64,000 bases of DNA, from NCBI RefSeq assembly GCF_009914755.1, contig NC_060936.1; one strand, given 5' to 3'. This document shows positions 17,941 to 57,581 of the stretch, in pieces. The DNA is from the human T2T-CHM13v2.0 reference genome, Homo sapiens. The notes under the pieces are model-generated. The model made no database searches. It was given only the letters and a program-made list of their open reading frames with translations, and was not told the DNA's origin. Within the stretch, counting starts at the first letter, position 1. Each line of letters begins with the position of its first letter. The translations under genes were made by a program, and so were the position numbers.

Positions 17941-18327
17941 TGGAAGGCAGCTGAAGGTAAGGACCAGGTGTCTAGCTTCCCAGCTGTCTAGGCAGTTGGA
18001 CGTTTAGGGTATAGCCTTCATTTACAGAAAACCTGGGCTCTGGGAACAAGGGCAGGGGAACTATTTGGAGGAGGAGGGGCAACTGACTGCTTTGATGTGT
18101 CCTTTCACCTGTAGCCTTCTCCCCTCCCCCCTCAGCCTCAGAAGTCCCAGGACAAAGGATTCTTTCTTGGCCAGGTTTTTGTCAGTGTGTGAAGGGAGTT
18201 AGGTGGGGGGCCACCCAGCAGGGAGATTATTCACCTCCCGTAAAGGGGACCCCAGGTGTCCTTTGTCCTCCTTTCTCCCAGGCAAAGCACCCCAGCCACA
18301 TGGCACCCAACTCTGTTAGGCCAGTAA

Positions 18328-18652
<325 letters not shown>

Positions 18653-19419
18653 CACTTATTCATCTTTTTGCCTGCAAGCTACACCACCAAAGCCCCAGGT
18701 CAAACATCTTTCTCCACAGACTGTGAGAAAAGAGCCTTTCTTCCTCCTAATTTGTAATGGCTTTCAGCTCTATATGTCTAGCTTCAATCCTGACATCTGC
18801 AGCTTACATTTTTTCTTCTTACAATGTTCAAGTTAAATTAGAAACATCTGAAGACTGGGGAAGCAGATAGGTGCCACTCTGGAGTAGGACTGGCATTCAA
18901 CCAGCATGCTCTGATGGGATTGTATTTGCTGTTAAAATAATGAAAATGTTCAGTCCTAGTTGATAAAAGGCAGCTGCTGTGAGCCCTCTAAGTGTCCCCC
19001 ACGACTCCACCAATAGCCTAGTTCTCCTCTAAGATCCCCAACAACCCAGCAACACAACCATGGAAGTAAAGAGGCAATGCTGGTACCATAAGGAGCCTCC
19101 TGTGCTGCCTGCTTCTGCTGGAATTGGCCAATGCCCATGCCAAACCTATGGTTAAATGCTTTGAATTCCATCCCTTTTCCAGTAGATCATGACTGCACAT
19201 GCATGATCAAGGTAAGACAGGAGGCAATCCAATGCCTTCATTACATGTTACATGTGGGTTCAGAATCTCTTCAGACTTGGGCATGAATCTGGGTCACATA
19301 TGTAGGCTCTCAGATATAATTCTCTCATTTGCATATTTATTTGGGCCACTCAGAGGGGATGAAGAATGGTAACAGTCACACTTGTGGCTGACTATATAAT
19401 GATATCAGGTTATAGATAG

Positions 19420-20320
<901 letters not shown>

Positions 20321-20699
20321 ACTTATTTGAAGGGACAGACATAGTCAAGTAGGGTGTTCTAAGTGAAGAGACAGCCTTCCTTCAATAAGGTGACTGGCTA
20401 GGTGGAGATGTCTCTCCCATCTCACCCTCACTCCTCTCCTACAGAAAAAGAGGACTTCACTGTGGTTCTCAGGCTGTGTTCTGGAGGCAGAACACCCTTT
20501 ACAGCCCTCAAAGGAGGGGATGGTTCCTTTAGCCCCTTCCTCTCAGATTCCTGAAATCCAGACCAAACACCTTTCTACCTTAAGTCTCCTTTGTTTGATT
20601 TACAAATTGCAAAACATTAGGAGCCAGCCTGAATGGGTTGGATAGTGCCTAAGACTTGGTAAAGCAGGGATGTCTAAGGTTTTCCTATCCTCAAGATTC

Positions 20700-21260
20700 T
20701 CCCACTTCATCAAAGGTAGCAGAGACAGAATACGATACGGAGAAAACCACGGCCACATATCTTTACTATTTTATCATTCTCCACGTATGCTGCTAACCCA
20801 CTCCCTAAAAGATTCACTTCTTGTCACACCTGGTCAACCCACCCCTACCCTCACCCTCATAACGTGTGTGTACACCACCAGCAGCAGCAGGTCAAGCCAC
20901 AAGCAATGTTGCCAAACACCCCACTGAGTTATGCAACCAGCTTCCCGAGAAGGGCGGGGTGGGTAGAGGTGGAACCAGGGGAGGGCCATGGGTCCCAGAG
21001 GGAGCTGGCTGCCTTGCCTGCTTGCCTGCTGGTCTGACCGCAGTGGCCCCAGAGGGTGGGGGCAGGGCTGGCCCTTTATCAGTGCCCTGCAGGGTTGCAC
21101 CCAACACCCCCTGGCTTCCTCTCTCAACAGACGGAAAGGGGAGGCAGCCACAGGGGGCAAGGGGAGGGCTGGGCGTTATCCTAGGCAGCAGAGCCGGGCG
21201 GTTACCCCGATGCTTGGGGGAGGTGGTAGAGGGGTCTGGGACCAAGGAATAGCGAGGCCC
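20700..21260. promoter_or_regulatory. Haematopoietic enhancer about 3-3.6 kb upstream of NFE2 exon 1a
   Basis: Repeat-free, GC-rich; TTATCA at 20771 and 21076-21081 (with CTG-N8 half E-box on the minus strand), RUNX ACCGCA 21037-21042, GC and CACCC boxes. Confidence 0.7.
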
Positions 21261-21593
21261 CTCTTAGCGGGGGGCCCTGGTATACACAGAGGCTCAGATG
21301 GTGGACTAGATTTTCTGAAGCATATAACTCATTGTTCCTTGTGTTCCAGTTTGGGTAAGGATAGGATTTAAAAAAGTCTTTGAGGAGGTTTCTTTCCTCA
21401 GATAACAATTTTTAGACGATTGACTCAGGAGTTAAGGGGAGACTGAACCCCATTCTCAGGACAAAAGGGTTTGGGGCTTTCAAGGGAGTTAGATACGACT
21501 GAGGTTCCCAGACCCTGGCATCTAAGAGTTAATGCCCTTTAGCAGAGCCTAGTACTAACACCAAAATGGATGAAGGCTGATAGATAAACCTAG

Positions 21594-24831
<3,238 letters not shown>

Positions 24832-25056
24832 ATATTCCTCTTTTCTAACTTATTTTGCAATAATATGTACCAGAGAATTAATAACGTCGTTTAAATATTT
24901 TTCTATTTGGACCACATGATTTTGTATTTTATTATATCATCCTATAATAGTGATGGTAAAAACGGTATTGAACAAAATTTGTCTAAGGCACCACAGTACA
25001 ATGGCTAAGAGCATGAGTTTCAGAGTCAGAAATGCCTGCACTCAAATCTTGGGTCT

Positions 25057-25234
25057 GAAGATGGGAACAATAGACACTGGGGACTACTGATGGCAGGGAA
25101 GGCTGAAAAACTACCTATTGGGTACTATGCTCATTACCTGGGTGACAGGATCATTCATACCCCAAACCAGTGTCATGCAATATACCCATATAACAAACCT
25201 GCACGTGTACCCTCTGAATTTAAAATAAAAGTTG
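25057..25234 (+). mobile_element. L1 3'-end fragment (old primate L1PA/L1PB-like)
   Basis: AATAGACACTGGGGACTAC...ACCTATTGGGTACTATGCTCA...AACAAACCTGCACGTGTACCC...AAAATAAAAGTT. Confidence 0.85.
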
Positions 25235-30675
<5,441 letters not shown>

Positions 30676-31399
30676 TAAGATATTCATTTATGTTGGACAA
30701 ATGGGTAATCTTCTTTCCTAAATGTCGCTGGAGAAATATTGACAATTTTGGGGGTGGGGATTCTTTGCAGACTACTTCCTTACTCCCCCTTCTCTGAAGA
30801 CAAGGTACAATTCAATTGATTGGGTTTCAGCTCTAGCCAAGTTAATATAATTGATTCTGTTTATATTCCCTTCAGCCATCTTATTCTAATTGATTGGGTT
30901 AGAATTTGATTGTGTTAGGCCTCCGGCCATTTTACTTTGAGTGATTAGGTTGCTAGAACTTTAGATATGTTGATAGAATTATGCTTTCCTGAAACTACAC
31001 CAGGTTATTTGCTACTTCTACAAATGGCTGATCTCATCTATTATACTTTGATTTTTTTGTTTGTTTGTTTTTGTTTTTGAGACAGCGCCTCATTCTCTTG
31101 CCCAGGCTGTAGTGCACTGTCGTTATCATGGCTCACTGAAGCCTCTAACTCCCGGGCTCAAGTGATCCTCCTGCTTCAGCCTCCCAAGAAGCTGGGACTG
31201 CAGGCACATACCACCACGCTCAGCTGACTTTTCCTAATTTCACCTGTGGTACACAATCGTTTGGGGGACATTTTCTTACTGTTACTGTTTTGTGTCCATT
31301 GTAACCTGAAGAACTGCAATGAATTCCTAGTTGGTCTTTCTGCTGTCTCTTCAAATCCTTTATGCACACACAACTGTCAAATTAATCATTTAAAAATTG

Positions 31400-34463
<3,064 letters not shown>

Positions 34464-34477
34464 TATATATATATATT

Positions 34478-40945
<6,468 letters not shown>

Positions 40946-41299
40946 CAACGGCTTGTTTCTATTGGAAAACCCCAGAATTTACTCCCTATAACCCCTCTCT
41001 TATTCTAATCCCATCCCTTTCCCCGTTTGTCCCGCAAACCCCATCTCCAAAGCCGATTTCACGTTGAGCTCAAGTTGGCCTTTACAAACTGACTTCTCAT
41101 GTTCCTCAGGCCCAGCAAAGCCTGGAACTCCACCTTAGGGAGATTGTTATTGCGACTATCAACTCCTGGCAGCCTTGGTTTATGTAGTTAACATGTTGGG
41201 CCTTTCTTGGCTCTACTCTATGGTTGTGCAGACTTTCTGTGAGGATGCTGAAGTGACCTGAGCGAGCATGAGGGAAGGGCTAGCCACAGAGATCATGGA

Positions 41300-41751
41300 C
41301 CTAATGCGGGCGCTGAAAATAGGGATTAGGGCAGGATTCCGGTTAGAAAGCGCCAGTGTTAAAGGCTAAGGAGACACAGCGCCCCCTAAAGAGGGTGCGG
41401 TTTAAAAATCGCTAAATCAGTCCGACAATATCACGTGTCCTCGGCCCTACCAATTGAAAATTAACAATCGCTTCTTCTGTTCCCCATGGAAACAACCCCG
41501 CCCCACTAACCCTCCCGCCCCAATGAGTCGTGAGGTTTTGGCGTTTTATTGAGTATTCAAGCTGACAATCAAACACCTGAGCCTTCTGGTTGGACACTTT
41601 GCTTCCGGTAAGCAAGCTAGTACAATAATTGGCCAATAAAGCAAGCCTTACCCAATGATCCTTATCCTAGGCGGGGCCTAATGGGAACGTATGGCCAATC
41701 AGCGGCGGCGTTTCTTTTGCGGCTCCACGTCGGCACCAGCTGCGGGGCAAG
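41300..41751 (+). promoter_or_regulatory. COPZ1 CpG-rich TATA-less promoter and 5' UTR
   Basis: Several CCAAT boxes (about 41450, 41520, 41633, 41652, 41695), CACGTG 41432-41437, ETS CTTCCGG 41602-41608, GC boxes, CCACGTC 41725-41731. Confidence 0.9.
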
Positions 41752-41769
41752 ATGGAGGCGCTGATTTTG
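41752..41769 (+). CDS. COPZ1: Coatomer subunit zeta-1, exon 1 (MEALIL)
   Basis: AAGATGG Kozak context; ATG GAG GCG CTG ATT TTG|gtagga. Confidence 0.95.
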
Positions 41770-42350
41770 GTAGGAGCTGGAGGGGCAGCAGAGATGCTGT
41801 GGTGTCCACAGGGGCCGGGAGTCAGGGTTCAGCCCGAGTGGGAGACGGGGAAAGAGAGTTCCGGGTAATTCTTGGGGACTGAGCGTTCTGCTGACCTTTG
41901 GAATAAGTGTGTGGCCTAGTGTAGGAGCTAAAGCCTTGGTTTAGAGTAGGAAGCCCTGCCGGGGAGAGGGCATAGAGTCGGTGGAAAGTTGAAGGCAGCA
42001 CATGGACTCCTTAGGATACACAGACCTGTAGGCGTACTGGATTAGGACCCTTCAGGTTGCCCCTTATTTTTAGCATTGTGGATGATACCCTGATTTTAAT
42101 TTACCAAACCACCAAACTCGCCCCATATTGTAAGAAAAGAATACAGATGTTTTGTCGTTACAGACTCCTCCTGATGGTTTCCCAAGTTTGACTCTCCATT
42201 GCCGATTCCCTGCCACATTCCTTCAGGAAACTGTTTTGTCTTCGGTTTCCTGTTAATCCCTATTATATAGGTTTGTCAAATAATCAGTATTCCATCAAAG
42301 TTCTGGGATACCTGATAAAGTTAGCATGGATTGTGGAATATTTTTTCTAG

Positions 42351-46178
<3,828 letters not shown>

Positions 46179-46479
46179 CTGAATTCTGTATCGGTTTAGA
46201 TCTTTAAATCTTTGTTCATAGGTTTTATTTTTCCTAATCCTCTCTGGATTCACTTTCAGAGTGCTTCTCCAGTGCTTTACAGACTAGACTTCTAATTCTG
46301 TACTTTGTCTTACCTTAATATTTTAAAACCATAACCAAATCCTAAATTCTAAGCCTCATTAAAAAATCAGGCCATCCAAAGTGCACAAGGATATGAGTAT
46401 GTATGGAGGAGGAAACTATGCAGAATATGTCAATGACTTTAAAGGTTGATGTTGCTCCTTGGCCTTTGCTTCCTGAATC

Positions 46480-47130
46480 ATCTTAATGGGGCTTTTGTTA
46501 AATTCCTTTGGCCCTAACAGTAGAGGTACTTGGCCTAAATGCCCCCCTCCCCCTGCTCTGGGCAAAGGTATCAATTACATTAAGCCCCTAAAGCACTCCC
46601 ATCTCGTTCCTGGCAGTCCCCTGTGCCCCTCTCCCAGCTGCGTCCTTGCTGGTGCCTGGCCCCCTCCATTTTGTTAGGAGAAGCAATCTCCTCATTCCTG
46701 CGCTGTGGAGATATATTTCTCAGCTAGGGCGCGAGCAGTGCCAGCACTGCCCCCGGTGAGGTCCCTGGCAGCAATAAAAATTTTTATTGTGATTATGTTG
46801 GTGTCGGGGTGTCCATCTGGGTTATTGCACACCTAGTTTAATTGATTGAAGTTTAATTTATTGACACTTCAAATTAAATGATCAGAATAAACTGTGCTGT
46901 TACTCTGGCCAGCTTGTTTTAATGGTTGATTGCTGGAAGCAGACCTCGGCTTGAACTAAAACCCCCAAAGAGCAATTGACGCTGCTTCTAACTCTCCCCA
47001 TGTCTTGCCCTCCAAGAAGACCTTGTTATAGATTTCCGACGTATTTATATATATTTTTTCCCTCTTCTTCACAGTGGTGGGAAAGAGTTGGTCCCTGGCA
47101 AGGTATAAATTATATCAAAGATCTAGGGGA
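46480..47130. promoter_or_regulatory. Repeat-free island rich in homeodomain motifs (candidate enhancer)
   Basis: Dense TAAT/ATTA/TTTATT motifs, an 18-bp palindrome, a tandem 15-mer and retained CpGs. Confidence 0.5.
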
Positions 47131-47696
47131 GCTGTCACATGGTCAGAAGAGGAGGAGGGGGCCTCCATGTGAGGAAAACCAGACCCTTGAGAAGCCAGGT
47201 CTGCCTTGGGAGGCAGAGGATGAGTGCAATTATCCAGGTATTTGACGGAGCCTAGTGGCAGGTTTAGGGTCTTTTTTATCTAGATACTTGCTGCTGTTTC
47301 TTACTTTACTCCATTGACATGGCTTGATTAGAGTCTGGATGTTGACAAGAAAACAGGTTGTGGAAAGGGAAACTAGAGGAGCAAATCAGATGGAGCAGGG
47401 ATAAAGAATCAGTACCTATGTACCCACTTGTGCTGGAGTAATTAGGAAGAGGAAAGGCAGAGTGCCCAGGGGACAGCTGATGAAGATGGATTCAGAGAAT
47501 GAGTCCATGCACTTGTAAGATGCTTGTGCTGGCAAGGGCCCTCTCACATTCTGTCCCTCCTGTTTTTGGGCAGAATAGGTTTCCTTACATCAGATTATTA
47601 GGGGGATCTCTCCTGGCCTTACATTCCCTAGCCTGTGTCACCTCTTCTGGTGTTTGACCACACCCATCTCTTCAGGAAGTCCTTCCTGTTGTGTAA

Positions 47697-53650
<5,954 letters not shown>

Positions 53651-53800
53651 TCATTTGCAGCAGCCTAGTTGCTTGTTCTGTGGTGTTTCACCTGTCTTGA
53701 GGACAGCATTCTTGTTTTCTTGATAATAAAAACATAAATACATGAAAATCTGTCTAAGTCACCCAATCTCCCACAAAACAATCTGCCTATACATCATTTC

Positions 53801-53899
53801 CAAGCACGATTAGCATTTGAGGTGAAGTTCTGTTATACACTCAGGCTGTGGCTCTCTGAAAGTCAGTGCATCACAGAACTTTGTCTCGAAAGCTTTCTA
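53801..53899 (+). ncRNA. MIR148B: pre-miR-148b hairpin (5p 53825-53846; 3p 53863-53884)
   Basis: 3p TCAGTGCATCACAGAACTTTGT pairs with 5p AAGTTCTGTTATACACTCAGGC; apical TGTG 53847-53850; CNNC (CAGC) at 53901-53904. Confidence 0.98.
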
Positions 53900-55733
53900 G
53901 CAGCTACCCATTTTGGGAGTGGGAGGGAAGAATAGACCTTTTAAATTCTTTCAGTGTGGCCCTAAGCTGATAAGGTCTTTCTCAACAGTCAGCATTTAAT
54001 GTGTTACAAGGTCAAGCCTAGTCCATTGTCCTGGAAGCCCATTTCTCAGTAGCTGGGAGTTATTTATAAACTTGCCCTTTGCAAAAACTTAAAATGAAAT
54101 TACATTATCAGTAATGACTTCTGGGGCCTTTAAACTGGCTAGTTTTATGGCATAGCCCTCCCCACTCCTGAGAGGTAAAAGCCCCAGGCTGAAGTGGAAC
54201 CAGCTGCAGTCAGGAGGTGGCAGGAGAAGTAAAGAAGCTGCTGGCTCCAGCTGTAGCAGAATGGAGAATTGAAGCGGCATTTAAGCGCCTGCCTAAATTC
54301 TCAGCTTTATTTAGTATGCTTCCTCCTTTGGAAGTTTGAAATGACCAGCCTTTTCTGTAATGCCTTCTTTCCCTTTTGAGAGCTCCAGTAAGCTCTATGT
54401 CAAATCTAGTCTTTATCCTTGTCCTCCTTAGCCTGTCTTTTATTCTTCCCAGGAAGATCCAATGTTTCTATTTTTGGGGTTTCTTTGATAATGTCTTCTA
54501 GGAAGCCAGTGAAAAGAACCAAGAGCAGAACCCAGGGATATGTTCTCTCTTTGCCGGTGTGGCTGTTGTAGGCACTCACACCCTGTTGGCCACAAAGGAC
54601 ATTGTCTGACTCTCCCAGTTGGCTGGGGGCCATTAGGGCTTTGCTTTTCTTTGGGTTCTAGGGATGCCAAACTCTATGGCTGCAAGAACCAGTTTCCTAT
54701 GCCAGGTTAATGCCCAGCTTAAACTAATGGGCAGCTCTCTAAAGTTGCTGTGAATGTGGATAGAGGAACAGAGCCAAAGATTTCCAGGAAAAGGTTGTGG
54801 GAAAAAATGATTTCGTCTAAATTTTGTTCCTTTTGGACTTCTTTTCTTCCATTAAGAAAACTCATTCCCATTGTTGTCTCCCTTTTGGAATTGAGGACCC
54901 AAGTTGTTATAGAACTGAGCCTGCTTTACAGGAAGATCTTTCTGTGAGGAATTAGGAGTTAGGAGAGCTGCTTCTACTTGTGACCTTTTAAGACTAGACT
55001 CTAGAGGACTTCCCTCCACTAGGCAACAAAGTTCTTTAGTTTGAGAGAGGAGTTACTCATGCCTTGTTTATTCCAGAGTGTTATATATACAGGATGGACA
55101 TCTCTAAGGAGTGTTTATCAGAGGAGGGATAAAGTTGGTAGTAATATCACCCAAAGTGGCCACATCAGAAAATCCACTTATATGTGGAGGTCTAATTATA
55201 AGTAGTCCCTTAGATGCATACTGCGTCAAGGTATTTTAACTTTATTCTCAAACTTCCTTTATTCTCTGAATTATTCACCAAATATTGAGAGTTTAGTATG
55301 TGTCAGGCATTGTTCTGGACAAATGGGACAAACCAGCGAACAAAACAAAAATTGCAGTCCTCAAGAATTCAAGTAGGGAAAGCTTATGTTCCTCATCACC
55401 TTGTTGTCAAAAGACTGGGTTCCTTTTACTTCCATTCTGAACTGCCCTCCTCTGCCCCCGCAAACAGGGTTGATTCTTTGCATGGAACCATAAACCTCCT
55501 GAAGCCTCATGAGGCAATTTATGTTTGTAGAGGCTGCAGTTTCTGGGTTCTTGGCAATGATTTTTTCCTCCTCACTCTTGGATATCTGTCAAACACATAC
55601 TTTTGTGTTTGGCTCCTGTGAGGACTGTGGGTTTCTTAAATAAGGCCAGGAAAGAGGTAGCAAAGCAACAGCCTTGTCTCAGCACAAGGGATATCAATGG
55701 TAAGTAATGTTGATTAGAAAGTCAAGGAATGTA

Positions 55734-56190
55734 GGTCGGGCGCAGTGGCTCACACTTGCACTTTGGGAGGCCTAGGTGGGAGGATTGTTTGAGCCTAGGA
55801 GTTCAAGACCAGCCTGAACAATACAGTGACACCTTTTCTCTTAAAAAAAAAAAAAAAAAAAAGAAAGTCAAGGAATGTGAGGCTGCAAATACCTTTCATG
55901 CACACATCACTATCTCTCCACACTTTTGGTTTTTTCTATTCAATCAATTAGAGATGGGGTTTCACTCTGTCACCCAGCCTGGAGTGCAGTGGCGCAGTCC
56001 TAGCTCAGCGTGGTCTTAAACTCCTGGGCTCAAGAGATCCTATCACCTCAGCCTCCTGAGTAGCTAGGACTATAGATGCACGCCACCACACCTGGCTAAT
56101 TTTTTTTATTTTTGTAGAGATGGGGGGTCTCCCTGTGTTTCCCAGGCTGGTCTTGAACTGGCCTTAAGCAATCCTCCTGCCTCAGCCTCC
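55734..56190. mobile_element. Alu monomer (+) and AluJ-like element (-)
   Basis: Alu consensus; TSD GAAAGTCAAGGAATGT around the monomer. Confidence 0.88.
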
Positions 56191-56560
56191 TGCGATTTTC
56201 CTTCTCCTAGTTAGCTGGCTCCCTTGAAGTTGCAGTGGTAGAGGAGAGCAACAGACCACCACAGGTTTTGCAAGTGATATACTTACAGTTGAAGAAGAAC
56301 CATTAAGACTGAGGCCGTGATTCCTTATTTGATTCTTGGTAGTGGAAAAAAAATTACCCTCTTGCTCACTCACTCTAGGCCCCAGAGTGTTTCTCAGATA
56401 GATCATCTTCTCACTGCTTCTTAACTCCCCCAAAATTCAGGTTGGCTTTTGTCCTTGGAAGTTAAGTGGTAGTGGTTAAGGTATAGTGGAAGAATTGGAG
56501 AACATAGGAGAGTTTTTGAAGATGGCTGTTTTACTAGGCTGCATTGAGAACTGGTGTGCC

Positions 56561-56603
<43 letters not shown>
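56561..56603 (+). repeat. (TG)n microsatellite
   Basis: Read directly. Confidence 0.97.
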
Positions 56604-56606
<3 letters not shown>

Positions 56607-57129
56607 CGCTCTTTTCCCTCTGCTTAGTGTGTGGGTGGTTTAGGGAAGGCTTGCTTTATGCTTCTGCATTGCTACTGCATTCGGACTGCAGAAACTTCCA
56701 AGTATACTAGGACATTCAACCCTATTTTCAAATGGCTTTGTTCAGTGCCTTTTAATTAATCTGGTCACATTCTATAGCCACCTGTACATGGGAGAGCAGG
56801 AAGGGAGAGGGTAATTTGGAAAATAACTGTACCATAATATTTGGAAATAACAGCATGACCTCTCTTGATTAAGCCCCCTGTGAGTCAGAGAAACTGTTTC
56901 TCTGATGGTACTTTGGAATCCTTTGTTTAAATGCTTTCTCTGTCAATTCAGTTTACTTACCCTGGGTCTTTCTCAATGGGAAATATCAAAATCTGACCAA
57001 GTTGAGGTAAGGGACTTACAGAGGTACCTCTGTATCCCCTTGCAGCCCCAGTGGGACTAGGGGAAGGTATCTGGTTTACCAGTGGTGATGGGAGGCTTCA
57101 GGACTGAAGGTATGTTCGTATCTCTTCAG

Positions 57130-57198
57130 GAACCTTCCCTGTATACTGTCAAAGCCATCCTGATTCTGGACAATGATGGAGATCGACTTTTTGCCAAG
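57130..57198 (+). CDS. COPZ1: COPZ1 exon 2
   Basis: tctcttcag|[23 protein letters not shown]|gtgaga; 69 nt; longin-fold N-terminus. Confidence 0.97.
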
Positions 57199-57321
57199 GT
57201 GAGATTCCCTTTCGAATTAGTTTAGGAACAGCACAAAGGTTTATTCTGAGATTTGAATCTTGGGACTGATACCTTATTAACTTATGTTCCTCAGTAGTAT
57301 AATTTTGAGAATACTTCCATC

Positions 57322-57581
57322 TTTTTTTTTTGAGATGGAGTTTCGCTCTTATCACCCAGGCTGGAGTGCAATGGCGTGACCTTGGCTCACTGCAGCCTCA
57401 GCCTCCCAAGTAGCTGGGATTACAGGCACGCGCTACCACCCCCGGCTAATTTTTTGTATCTTTAGTAGAGACAGGGTTTCAGCAGGTTGGCCAGACTGGT
57501 CTCAAACTCCTGACCTCATGATTCGCCCGCCTTGGCCTCCCAAAGTGTTGGGATTACAGGTGTGAGCCACCACACCCGGCC
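57322..57581 (-). mobile_element. Alu with internal deletion
   Basis: Reverse Alu consensus lacking part of the right arm. Confidence 0.9.

Noticed and set aside
41695-41729. ERSE element in the COPZ1 promoter
   Set aside because: CCAAT and CCACG are 25 nt apart, not the required 9.
46561-47120. Repeated peptide GINYIK as evidence of a hidden protein
   Set aside because: Better explained by a duplicated DNA motif; the flanking translations are unrelated.
53742-53813. 23-aa ORF (MKICLSHPISHKTICLYIISKHD) abutting pre-miR-148b as a miPEP
   Set aside because: Intronic, weak Kozak context, and of a length expected by chance.
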